A stretch of DNA of 63,395 bases, filler included, from Choristocarpus tenellus KU-1152 (lineage: Eukaryota; Protista; Phaeophyceae): the NCBI GenBank assembly GCA_964200185.2. It is 12 parts of 12 records of this genome, joined end to end, with 100 filler letters (N's around TTAATTAATTAA, not from the genome) between each part and the next. Parts side by side here need not be neighbours in the genome. Positions count along the whole stretch, not along the records: positions 46,940 to 56,258 come from CAXNAD020003786.1; positions 56,359 to 59,404 come from CAXNAD020022721.1; positions 59,505 to 63,395 come from CAXNAD020017329.1; 9 more parts are not named here. One strand, 5' to 3'. The position numbers were made by a program, and so were the translations under genes. Below are positions 48,800 to 61,344 of the stretch, one piece after another; position 1 is the stretch's first letter, and each line of letters begins with the position of its first letter. Below the pieces are notes generated by a model. That model made no database searches. It worked only from the letters and a program-made list of their open reading frames with translations, and was not told the origin of the DNA.

Positions 48800-51700
48800 G
48801 AGTGAATGACACTACAGAGAAAATAGCATTACTTCCCAAGGTAATTTGCACAGGTTATGAGCCTAAGTAGTATGGAGACTGACCCGAAGAAACTTGCTGT
48901 CTGGACAGGGGCGACAGGAAGATCATTGGAGACATGGTCAACTTGGAGATTGTCACTGATCGCCTACGCTGGTGGAAAGGGCTTGTACGAGATTACAACA
49001 AGGGACTACGAGATTCCCGAAACACCCACCACCATCTCGGGAGAGGCAGTGCGTACGGCACATGTCACGTACTCCAAGAATAACAAGGCATTCTAGTTTC
49101 TCCTTCTGCAAACAACAAAGGGATCAGCATCCACGATTATCGCCAAGTACGAAAATGGAGGTCAACCAGACGGCAGAGGAGCTTGCTTGGAACTAGAACG
49201 AGTCTACGGTGGACGCGCGGAGGACGAACTCCCCGTACAAGTCACCACGTTGGAGGCGAAACTCCACGAAATACGGTGCACAGCCTCTCAGGACAGCACC
49301 GATTTTGTCGTCAAACTCGAACGACTATTTTCGGAATTCGAGGAGCTCAAGGAGCCTAAATCCGAAAACATCAAGAGGGCATCTATACTACTTGGGATCA
49401 AGGAATCCATGCCACATGTGTTCGCGCAATTGATAACACGCCCGGACATCAGCTATGAGGAACTCAAACGAGCAGTTATCTCGTCGACAACTTACCTTCA
49501 CTCGGGTCAAGATGGTCATGATGGAGTATTAGCAATGCATGGCAATGTGAAGAATGACCATGCTCGGAAGAATAAAGGATCAGCTGGAAGTGGCCTCAGA
49601 CCAAACCAATGTGGATATTGTTTAAGGATGAACTATCGATGGCTGAGTTGCTACCGATACTTAAATAGAAAGCCGTCGGCAACACGTCCGCCTGGGATGG
49701 CACCCGGAACATTTCCGCCACCTCCAACTCGTGGGAGCAGCTACAAAGTCGACGGAAAAGCAAGCGCGCTCCTTCTCCAGTTTCAAGGTGACAGCAGACG
49801 AGGAGGTTAACAAATGTTCGGTCTTCAACTCCTCCAGTGGAAGACAAGTCGAGATATTATGTTACTCTGGAGCAAACGAACATCTTACACCTGATCGTGA
49901 AGATCTCGGAAGTACTCCGGGCACCAAACGCACATGCACCTTCGGAAACAATGGGAAATTGGAAGCAAAGGAAATCGGGGATATGGTTCTAATGGTGACG
50001 GACAAGGACGGCAAACCAACAAGAGTGGTTCTGAAGGATGTTCTATGGGTCCCAGGTCTACCATGCCGCATATTGAGTACTGAAAGTATACGACGGAATG
50101 GAGGAGAATTTATGGACTCAGGAACAAAGGAAAGTTATCTGAGGGCCTCCAAGAATTCGCCCAAGATAAACCTACAAAAATCGGGGGGGTTCTTAAATTT
50201 AACTGGAACCATAATCAACATGGAACAAGAATCGAGAGCCAGCGCTGCACGAGCCAACCAAAAGCAGAGGCTAACGTTAAAGGACTGGCATAACATACTA
50301 GGTCACATCAACCCTTCAGCTATCAAGCACCTCGAGAAGCGTGGACTGTTGGAGATCACCGATGCTACTGTGGCGTCAGAACTGCAATGCGAGACCTGCA
50401 AGGAATGCAAGTCTGAGGCCCTAAGCTATCAACGGGGTGGCAGGACCCCCAAGCAGCCCGGCGAGGTTGTCCACACAGATTTGGCGGGACCTTTTAAAGC
50501 AGACATCACTGGCCATCAATATTTTCAGGTGTTCGTCGATGAGAGCAGCAGAGACAAGAGGGTTTATGGATTGAAGACAAAAAACGCAGCGACGGACGCA
50601 ACCGCTGCTTATATCGACCAGATGGCCAGGGAAGGTATACCAGTCAAATGCATCAGTGGGGATGGTGCTGGCGAGCTTGGGAGATCGGTGAAGTTCCAAA
50701 GGATGCTGGCGAACAACGGTACCCGATGGAGGAAATCTCCACCGAGAACACCACAAAGCAATGGAATCGCCGAAAGGGTGATAAAGCAACTCATGGGGGC
50801 AACAAGGAGCCAACTGGTAAAGGCTGGGCTGGGCGGCGACGAGTATTGGTTCTTTACCATCACGGATGTCGCCTTCAAGACTGGAGGCATGCCACACGAA
50901 TACCTCGGAGGAGAGACGCCATGCGAGCGTCTAACAAGAAAATCGTTCAACTACGATAGGCTTCGGGCCTGGGGGAGCGAGTGCTATGTTCATCAGGACA
51001 AGCAGCAGAGAGGAGCCAGCGCAAAGTTCCACCCATACGCCAAGAGAGGTAAAATAATGGGACATGATCGCACATCATTATGTTGGCACATCTGGCTTCC
51101 TCAAGAGGCCAAGTTGGTAACCTCAGCCCACGTGACGTTCGAGCCAGACGAACACATGATGGACTTCGTGGGGGAGAGAGAGACCATGACTTCGACGGAT
51201 GATGAAGAAATTTCTGAGACTGAAGACGACTCTGATCGGGATTTGGATATTGCAGCCGATCCGATACCCCAAGCAACAGGCGTTGGAAAGAACTCAAGTT
51301 CACCTAGTGGACAATGGAGGGCAGCTAGGATAGCTGAACTACCCAGGGTGGACTACAGGGGCTTACACTCTGGAGATACAGAAGAAGTGGGAGAGAATAT
51401 AGTGAATCTGCTCAGATCAAGCACGGATGATGCATATTGTTTGATGGGCATAGCAGGTGACATCTCAATAGGCCACCAGGGGCCATCAACCATGGCAGAA
51501 GCCCTTGCAGGACCTGATGCAGAACAGTGGAAGAAGGCAATGGAACAAGAAATGGAGGGCCAACGAACCAAAGGAACCTTCCATGAGGGAGAGAGTCTGC
51601 CACCGGGGAGGAGACCCATCAAAACCAGATTTATATTCAAAATAAAAAGGACTGTACATGGAGATATCGAAAGATACAAGGCCCAACAAGAAGGGGCGGA

Positions 51701-52375
51701 CTACTTCAGCACGCTTAGTCCAGTGGTGGGATTTGACGTCAGTCGAGCAGTCCTGGCTACAGCAGCTAACAGAAACTGGATCATCAACTCCCTAGACTTC
51801 ACTCAAGCCTACCTGAACGCATCACTTCCTGAAGATGTATCGCTACAACTACCCAATGGATCCATCGTAAAAGTTGCCAGGGCCATCTATGGCCTTAAGC
51901 AATCAGCAATGGAGTGGTACAAGGAGCTAAAGGGAACAATTTTAGCTGAGGGGTGGAGTGTTAGCGACTTTGACGCCTGCTTGTATGTCAAAAGGAGTGA
52001 AGATGGAAGGATTGCTGTTCTTTTCACTACATGGATGACATCAAACTGACTGGAAACTACCACGAAGAAATAAAAAGGATAGCGAACAATCTGCTTACCA
52101 GGTACGAAGGATGGGACCTCGGGACCCCAGACAAGTTAGTTGGGGTGGGAATCAACAGGGATGAGGCCGGCATCACACTAGACCAGCATTTCTTTGCAGA
52201 GAGCATTGTTCGGGAAGGAATGGGATCCGCAGAAGTAAGGAGTACCTCATCACCTTTAAACCCAGGAATGGATCTGATAGCAAGAAGAACTGACGAGGAG
52301 GAGCTGGACCAGAGATACAAACCCTACCGCACCATCCTGGGGAAACTTATGTTCCTAGCCGGGATGACACGACCA
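48800..52375 (+). mobile_element. Ty1/copia LTR retrotransposon, gag-PR-IN-RT, inactivated and 3'-truncated
   Basis: gag with stop at 49094 and knuckle CGYC....Y....C; protease CYSGANEH (catalytic D to Y); integrase WHNILGH/CETC, HTDLAGP, GDGAGE, SNGIAER; RT LDFTQAYL, IYGLKQS, frameshifted YMDD; RNase H and 3' LTR absent. Confidence 0.95.
48853..48863 (+). promoter_or_regulatory. Primer-binding site complementary to the anticodon arm of initiator tRNA-Met
   Basis: ...TTTGCACA|GGTTATGAGCC directly after an LTR-type CA end; the copia/Ty5 (Hemivirus) half-tRNA PBS. Confidence 0.85.
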
Positions 52376-52632
52376 GAGTGGATGTATCTTCGAGAGTACG
52401 AGTTTTGCCCTGTTTGTCCATTTGGGGCTTGGCTTCCCACGGGTTTTTAATGACATTTTACCTACTCCAAAGTGTTTCAGAGTAGGTAAAACGTATACGC
52501 TATGAAAACGTGTGTCTGGAACAAGGTTATTGACATCTCCGAACAAACACGATAGACAAAATTACATCAATTGCAACATTAGATTTTGGTCCCCAAATAG
52601 ACGCGGCTGTACCCTCTAAGATACATTGAGTC
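52376..52632 (+). mobile_element. MITE family A at the copia/gypsy junction
   Basis: Full-length copy; flanks acca/tgag, no TSD. Confidence 0.85.
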
Positions 52633-55600
52633 TGAGGTGGTAATTTCACAGGCCAAGTTTGGTGATGCTGTACCAGCGCTCATCGCGCACCACATCAACA
52701 AGTGAGCAAGAACAAACACTGTGCCTCCTGAATGACTTCATGACCTGCTGAAGCTCCAAGTTCGGGGAATGGGCATCGATCACGCCCCTCGGACAGATTT
52801 TGTCCAATTACAACGAGAATGTGTCAACGGATCCGTACGGAGGTGGGCGGTCACCGAGCGGGGGAGGCAACCCTCAACAGGTCCCCAGCTTGGTCGTTGA
52901 CAAGTCCACCTCCCGCAGCCAGTGCAACTGACAGAGCATCGTGACCCCCAGACACCTCACAGTACGCAGTGACACCATCAACACTCCAGTATACCATTGA
53001 TCAACACCAAAGTAGTGTTTGCCAGTACCCGGATTGTCAGGCGGCGAATCGTGAGGGTCATACAACCCAGTCGTGCCTCAACAATCCGAGGGGTACTCGT
53101 CACCTGCACCTGTGTCGTAGAGGAAGGGATCGTGGGGGTGGCGTTCGTGACGATAGACAGTCAACACTGGGCCATTATGTCCCTCGTCCCTAGGGGTGCC
53201 CAGGTGGATTTGACTCCTGTCCACTTGGTAACAGTCATGGTGATATTTACACCATTGTAGGGAGTGGCAAGCGTCAGAGGTTGACATCAGTCACACCTCT
53301 TGCTCCTCAGGAATCGTTTATTGCCTGCACGTGTGTCAGTAGGCATTTTTCTTTGCCGTTAGTTCAACCAAACTCGAGTAATAATAATGAAACTTGGTTC
53401 AGCAGTTCTTTTTGCAGATACCCGTCTATGCCCAAACCTTTATCGTTTTTTCATCACAAAGGGTTCGTGTATCTGGCACTGTTGAAGAACAAGAGAAAAA
53501 TGTCTTGACTCTTGACACAGCTAGTGATGTATCATGTATGTCAGAAATATTTGTTCGCAATCACCCTTAACTGAAACGTTTTGATGTGCATCCTGTTCCA
53601 CCTGGTGCCATAAATCTACTTACGGCAAACGGTTCACCATTGCATATCCGTGGATTTATTCGTTTTGCACTTACACTTGGTGACACCACATTACCAGTTG
53701 AAGCTTTAGTGATTCCCCAACTTTGTCCCGATAAAATTCTGCTTGATAATAGTGTTATACAGGCCTTCGGTGCAATCCTTGATTGGCAAGAACAGCGTCT
53801 CTCATTCCACAACAGTTCGTGTACCATTTCACGAGACATCACATGACAAGGAGCCCCACACAACAAGTACGTGGTACAAGTACCACTCCTTCGTGCTCTG
53901 TGGTGAGTGTGCAACATGATTTTTGACCCTGTACCCGTTCGTGTACATAAGCAGTGTAACATACCTCCTAGTCATGAAATCACCGTAGGTTGCACAACTG
54001 ATGCTAGCCCGTCGTTTGATACTGCCATTCTAGTGGAGCCACTCATACCCTCTATGCCTACTGTAGATCAAAGCACTGAACCTACACACCCATTGAATCG
54101 TATCGTAGCTGCTCACACTCTCAGTACTTGGTCAACAAGTAATAGATCAGTATTGGTTCGAATGGCAAATCCAACAGCATGGAAGGTCCGTATCAAGAAG
54201 CATCTTGCGATTGGTCACTTAACCCCAATTTCTGATCAGATACCAATCACTGTTAGTGCTCTAAATACTGATTCTGCTCCATTTAGTAAAGCTAGAGAGG
54301 AGTAACACCAAGCCTTGAGTAAACGTATCTTAGAGGGTATGAGTTTTTCCCTGTTTATCCGTTTGGGGCTTGACTTTCCACAGGTTTTTTATGACTCTTT
54401 ACCTATTCCAAAATGTTTCGGAGTAGGTAAAATGTTTACCTTATGAAAAGGTGTGTCCGGAACAAGGATATTAACTTCTCCTAACAAACATGGATGCGGC
54501 TCTACCCTCTAAAATACTTTGACTCTTTCAATAAGACAAATGCATTCAAAGATACCACGTTCAATGAGTCACAAGTATCTCAACTTTTAGACCTCTCTGC
54601 TCGTTATAGATCAGTACTTTCGTTGATTGCAGCAGAACTAGGCAGATGTGCTCTAGCGGACAGAAATTCCTATAGAGCCTGGTACCAAACCTATTGACAG
54701 AAACTCTTACAGAGCAAACCCCCGTATTCAACAAGTAATTGACTCGTGTGTTAATACTCTATGGAAGAGCAAGGCATCATTGAAAAACGTGCAAGCGCTT
54801 GAGGTAGTCCTGTTACTATTGTGTCCAAATCTGATGGCTCCCCACGATTCTGTGTAGACTATAGATCAACTGTTAACCAATATCTTGTTCGACAGACTTG
54901 GCCTATGCCTGATATAGAGTCTCATATTGATACTGTTGAGGGTGCAAAATTTATCACCGTTTGTGATATTCAGAGTGCATATTAGCAAATTTCTGTTGCT
55001 GAAGATGACATTGATAAAACTGCTTTTGTCATGCCCAGAGGCAAATATGTTTTTAAGAGGATGCCCTTTGGGATATCAAATGCTCCCTGGCAATTTCAAG
55101 GAATCATGTCCTCAGCCTTTGCAAATTTTGGTCCACTGAGTGGATTGCTAGTTTACATGGATAATCTGATTGCTTGTTCTCCCACATGGGAAGAACATCT
55201 ACACTTACTAGAACAGCAATTCAAAGCTTTACAAGCAGCAGGTTTAACCTTGAAAACCGTCAAAGATCCAATTTGGACCTCTAAAGAAGTACGCTATCAG
55301 GGTCAAATTTTATCGTCTGAAGGAATTCGTATCGGGGAAGATCGGGTTGGTGCAATCACTGAGATACCCATACCCACCACCATAAAAAAACTTCGATCTG
55401 TGCTAGGTATGGTTAATTTTGTACGTAAATTCATACCCAGCTTAGCCACAGTAATCGAACCGTTAGTTTATCTCACTAAAAAAGGTGTCAGTAATAGAGT
55501 GGATAAAGAATGGGGATTGGACCGCGGGATGTGGCATTTTTGAAAGTAAATTACTCACTGCAGCCCCAGTTCTCCCATTCCCTGGCTTTACCAAAGAATT

Positions 55601-55690
55601 CATCGTCCGGGTTGATCCTAATGAGAGTGGTGCTGGATTTTTTTTTTTCACAACTTCGATCCGATAATCCTGCCGACCTAGTTATAGGGC
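52633..55690 (+). mobile_element. Ty3/gypsy retrotransposon relic (gag end, PR, RT, start of RNase H)
   Basis: Protease LDTASDVSC near 53511; RT PRFCVDYR, MPFGISNAP, VYMDNL, LRSVLGMVNFVRKFIP; many stops and frameshifts. Confidence 0.9.
54317..54525 (+). mobile_element. MITE family A, internally deleted, inside gypsy pol
   Basis: Both TIRs present; about 50 bp missing after ctaacaaaca. Confidence 0.85.
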
Positions 55691-56049
55691 ATTGACAGAC
55701 GTACTATCAATCTTCATGAAATATTTACTAACACGTGGCGCCATAGTTGGCGACGAGAGAGACACTATCTGCACACACTGTGGTGTTACATGCCGCACAA
55801 CAAGAAAAACTGAGTAAAAATATCGTAAAATTTCCTCTTCTTCAAGGGTAACAGACTTCACATCCACTCAGATGATATCATTTTGGAGTGAATCGCGTTT
55901 CATATTGCCGTTGTATGTCCCTGTATTGTTGAATTCCTACCCAGGTGCCTGATTACCCGTTGTGAACTGTTGTGTCAGACAACTCCATTGTTTTCTTGTT
56001 ATCCAAGCTACAAACCCACATGTTGTCTCAACTCTACAGGTCCAAGAAA

Positions 56050-56225
56050 CGCTCAAAGTATCTGGGAGGAGGTGGCGGCTGTCCATTTGGGGTCAATTTT
56101 TTCATATCGCGATTTTTGGGGGATTTGGTTGCCATACGTCGAATGGATAATGCAAATGCACTTTTCCCGATTTTGGTCCATATGGACACCCTCGAGTAGC
56201 CCCCCCCCCCCCCCCCCCCCCCCTT
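56050..56225 (-). mobile_element. MITE family B running into poly-C at contig end
   Basis: cgctcaaagtatctggga...gtccatttggggtcaa...tggacaccc. Confidence 0.85.
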
Positions 56226-56358
56226 CCCACTACCCCCACCATACCCCCCAAAAACAAANNNNNNNNNNNNNNNNNNNNNNNNNNNNNNNNNNNNNNNNNN
56301 NNTTAATTAATTAANNNNNNNNNNNNNNNNNNNNNNNNNNNNNNNNNNNNNNNNNNNN

Positions 56359-56409
<51 letters not shown>

Positions 56410-57414
56410 TTTGACGATGGGAGTGTTGGTTGATTGATGATGTGCGTCTTTGATAGGTTGATCCTTCCCATGCGTGGGTTTTGTAATTATTAGTGTTTAT
56501 TATTATTTTTATTATTATTTGTAAATATTATTATTTTATTATTATTTGTAAATATTATTATTTTTTATACTATTATTATTAATGTTATTACTCATGTTTT
56601 TGTTCTATTATTACTGCTACTACTACTATTATTATTATTGTTATTATTATTATTAATATTGTGTGTCTATAAAGGGCGTGATGCTGTATACGATTGTGTT
56701 TTTGAGGGTTAGGGTTAGGGTTAGGGTTAATTGTTTTGAAGTGTTTTGAAAAGAGAGAGAGAGAGAGAGCTAGCGATACTTGATATGGGACGTGTTGTGT
56801 AACCGTCGGTGAACATTAATTATTCTCTTTGAAAATAACAAAAAAAACTCCATTAATTATTCTCTTTACAAGTAAAAAAAAACTTGAATTAGTATCCTTA
56901 AATATATATATATATATATATATATATTTAAGAACAGTATGATACTTGGTGTATTGATTGGTATTGTGTCTAGAGCGTTCTGAAGGTAGAAACATTAGTT
57001 CAAACGGTACGATAAATATTTGAGGTTGATGGTAATGCAGCGGTAAATATTGTTCTGAAGGTAGGAGGAACATTAGTTCAAACAATACCATAACGAGAGA
57101 TTGATACTAACGTGATTTAATTTCTCAACTCAGTCGTCTATTGCTGTTGTCGCCGCAGTACAAGCAAGGGTTAGGGTTATAGGGTTAGGGTTAGGGTTAG
57201 GGTTACTGTTACGATGGCGAGGTATAATGATGTACTGTCCTTATCTCGTCAACGGGGAGGGTATCACATAGTAGTTGTATGTTCAGTCACAAATCCATGG
57301 TTACAATGCGGTGAATGGTGTTCTTGTTACAGCGTGATACATGACCACGTTTGAATCTGTCGTTGGGTAGAGAGTATCGGACATTCAGAATGTACCCTTC
57401 CGTCTGAAGGTGTT

Positions 57415-57620
57415 TTTGGTTCCTATTATTGTATCGCGTTTATATTTACACCTTGTTTTTGGTTCTTATTTTTTGATCGCGTTTATATTTACACCTTGTT
57501 TTGGTTATTATTATTATATCACATTTATATATACACTTTGTTTTTGGTTATTATTATTATTATATCACATTTATATATACACCTTGTTTTTGGTTCTTAT
57601 TTTTGATAGCGTTTTTATTT
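57415..57620. repeat. Degenerate ~41-46-bp tandem repeat
   Basis: tttatatttacaccttgtttttggtt recurs about 4.5 times. Confidence 0.75.
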
Positions 57621-58721
57621 TTAGTGGTTGCTCTCTCTGTCCTCGGCATCGATTGTAACTACTCTTGAATGACTTTCGGGGGGCAGGCTGTTAGTGTTCG
57701 AGATGGTGTGAGTATCAGATTTTTTGTTTTTTTTTGTGATGGCTCTTTTGTGGTGGGACGTCATCACGGGGTTAACCCTCTAGTTTTTTTTCTGTGAAAT
57801 CTTAACTCTTTTCTTCTATTCTACCTGTGAAACACCGCCTCCTGTAAAATGTAAGAAATGCCTTCCCAACATATATTTTTTGCATCCTGGCAACTGTTGG
57901 GACTGATCCTTACCAGAGGAATGTTGTGATGGTTGGGAGTATTACATGCAAGGTGTATGTATGTATATATATATAAATATAAATAAATACTAGTCTGTAT
58001 AATGTTCCTAGAATTGTAAGTGGCATGATAGTTGGGAGTATGGCTGGCAGTGAGATACTGTGAAACACACGAATCATGTAACATAAAATATACAATATAT
58101 AAATATGGAGTATGTAACTACACCTCAGTGTACAAATACATCTCAAGTCTCAACAACAAAACCTTTTTTTTGTTGTAAAGATTTTTTTTTTTTAATTTTT
58201 GTTGGAATACAGTGCTCTGCCATTAGTATATTTTATTAATTCTCTTTGGCAGTATAGAATTTTTTTTAATTATTCTTAATTGGATACTTAATATTTATTA
58301 TTCTTTTTTAATTATGACACAAGCGAAGTACGCTGTTGTTGTCAACGCAAAAGCACTTTCTGAGTGTAAAATCTGAACCTTCCGGAAGAACCTCTTACGT
58401 ACTTAGTCACGATCAAGCCGTACAGTGCATTGTATCGATGGGCGTGTGGGGAACGCTGAGGTCTGCGGGCAACGCACGTAGCTCAGCTCGCACACGTGCA
58501 AAAAAAAAAAGTATCGCAAATATCCTGTTGTTTTTTGGTTTCTAGAGTTTTGAATATTATCCACATTTTTTTTGTTTGTAATTGTTGATGTTGAATTGAA
58601 TCTGAGATTCACAAGACTGGAGCTTTGTCGCCCTCAATGTGAAGGTGAGGATCTGGAGGAAATGGCACTGTGAAATGTATCTGCAATCTGTATGTTACAA
58701 TTGTGTTTATTGTTATTATTA

Positions 58722-58759
<38 letters not shown>

Positions 58760-59041
58760 GTTGTTGTTAGATTAAAACCAATATAATTGTATGATTGCAC
58801 TACTCCCCTTGCATTTGACGGATTGAATATGTATATATATACATACTATGTGTATGTATGTGTAATACCATTGCTTCGAATGGATAGATTGATCTTACCA
58901 CATATTTGTTCTGTATCTCACATACACACATAATTATGTTTATGTTTGTAATTACATATTCTTTTTTCTACTTCTATTTTTATATATATATATATCTATA
59001 GATACACATGTATGCATTTGTGTGCGTGTGTGTATATACAG

Positions 59042-59219
59042 ATGGGAGGAGGCTATAGCACTCCTTAGGAGGGCATGGGTAGAATCAATCAAGCCGGACA
59101 TTCGGGGCTATGGGGCTGTGATATCTGCTTGTGTGAAAGCAGACCGGGTGGAGGAAAGCTTGGGTTTGCTGGAGGATATGTTACAGGACAATATTGTTCC
59201 TAATGCCATCGTATATACT
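59042..59219 (+). CDS. Internal exon of a pentatricopeptide repeat (PPR) protein
   Basis: tacag|...|gtgag; WEEAIALLRRAWVESIKPDIRGYGAVISACVKADRVEESLGLLEDMLQDNIVPNAIVYT fits the 35-aa P-type PPR consensus. Confidence 0.92.
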
Positions 59220-59699
59220 GTGAGCCCTGCAATCGCCTTGTGTACTGGTCCTCCTGATATCTAGGATTTTTGGGACCTCTTCTGTTTTTGGGCGGCGGGG
59301 GGGCGGGGGGGGGGGGGGGGGCGGGGGGGTTGGGGGGTAGGGGTTACTGTTTAAAAAATTTTTGAGTCGGGAAAGCCCACCTCTTAACCCCCCTCACCCC
59401 AAAANNNNNNNNNNNNNNNNNNNNNNNNNNNNNNNNNNNNNNNNNNNNTTAATTAATTAANNNNNNNNNNNNNNNNNNNNNNNNNNNNNNNNNNNNNNNN
59501 NNNNCCCTCGTCAGGGATCAATCCATTACTCAAAAGTTGTTCATGCACCCTCCTCATTATTGCCTTGCGTAATCTGGTAGGGACTAGTCTGGATGGGTTC
59601 CGTAAGGACTAAAACGTGTATTGTGCATTATTGACCTGGATCAGTCGTAGCTGCTTGTGAGTTGACTTGGGTGTGAGATCTTCATAGTTCCATTATGTA

Positions 59700-61007
59700 C
59701 TTAGGATTAGCGAAGTGTTTTTTTTTTAAGACCCTCAGATATAGCCTCCCATCTTTCACGGTAGCATTTTTTTTTTACACAGTTATCCCACATTTGTCCC
59801 CAGGGTGGTGTAGGTACAGTTATTCATTTCCCTACCCCCCTGTTTATATTAGTGTACCCTTCTTTATCTGCATTTTTTTTAATGTTCTCGCCCAGTTCAT
59901 TTTTCTTTCAACTATTGCATCTCAGGTTTTTTTTAACATCTACTGCCAATCCCCACTTCTTACTTTCGAGATGTGCACTCTCCCTAGAATCCCACCCACT
60001 GCATGTCCATCCGGGACTCTGCCAGTATCTGTACTTAATTTCGTATCCGTACTCCACCTAGAATCTCCACCTACCCTGTGGCCTCATTCGATACTCTAGA
60101 ATCCCTATGTAGACTTTCTTATTTGTTTTGTTTTCTATGCCACTTTATTTCCCAGTTTGTAGCTATAACACATAGATTCTATGGCTATTCATCATGACAT
60201 AACCACTGATTCACAGGGTGCTCGTGCTTAGTAAATGTCCCTTCCCTAACCTCGTAAATTCCCCGCGTTACCTCCAAACGAAATGGTCCCCTCTACATCA
60301 CCCTACAGTGAGCCCACCCATTAGATTTTTCTTTTGCCCTATGTGTTTGGTTGAACGATGCAAGCATTGGAAAGACAAATTCACACGATCCCACCGATCG
60401 AAACAAACGTAGCATCAGTCCTGGCCCTATCTTTCGGGCAATATCTAAACTGCACTTACTACACAAGATTAGCTCAGGTACACTACTCCTACCCTGACCC
60501 ATTAACATTCCCATTTTTATCGTGATCTCCATGGGATATAACCATGTTTGTGACATAATCGGTGCACTCTGTTCCTATTTTCCGTCAACCTCTTAGTAGA
60601 CTGTCACTCTGGCAGGGCCCTCAACTCTTTCCCTTTCTACTCGGTGTACTAACCTAAAAATATCAGCATTTGTAATTTACCGAGTTAGCATTTACTTCCC
60701 ATCTCTACCAGGGCCACTACCATGGGAATCAGCCGATTCATCATTTACACATCTAACCTTGTTTCATTCCACCATAAAATCATGGTCAGTCTTTCGTAAT
60801 TTCTTGTCCTCCTATGGATTACCCCCGATACCCCTGGTAATATGTCGGAATCTATCCACTTCACTACCCGTATTCCATACCTACCCTACACCTATCCACA
60901 ATGTTTTTCATCATCTCAGTCACCAACCCCCTTACCTTGTTGACCTTTTCTTACCCCCCCAGCCAACCAGAATTCTTCCGCCCACAAAACTCAGATTTTT
61001 TTCATAA
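59700..61007 (-). pseudogene. Heavily degraded RT-like region, possibly DIRS/Ngaro
   Basis: Fragments IVDRCRVGMEYG, HRLCHKHGYIP, ISFGGNAG, WGLAVDVKKT occur in the order expected for a YR-retrotransposon RT; preceded by the same leader as the plus-strand element. Confidence 0.3.
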
Positions 61008-61344
61008 ACTCTGACATAATGATAAAATTCAACATCGTAAATGTTCTCATATTGATTATTTTAATGTCTGACTCTTCAGGAAAAAACTTTCACTTTGTTC
61101 AAGGTTGATTGCCTTAAAAAGGGCCACTGAGCTTTTAGTGTATACATAGAGTTGGGGAGTGTCAGAGATAATATTTATTAATAACTATAAGAATTATAGA
61201 GTTGGGGAATTTCGGTAAATTTGGTCGTAAGTACAAAAATGTATCTGTACTGGAAGTTGGCGGAAGGGTGGAATTTCTGGAATAGTTTGGTCCCTTGAAA
61301 GTGTTTCATTCAAATTAATGGATCGCGATTCCTCACATCTCACA

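Noticed and set aside
49731-49810. Programmed gag-pol frameshift in the copia element
   Set aside because: No recognisable slippery site, and the copy has other inactivating lesions; a 1-nt indel is simpler.
56359-56408. 50-nt poly-G as a functional G-quadruplex
   Set aside because: At a contig edge, where length is unreliable and poly-G artefacts are common.
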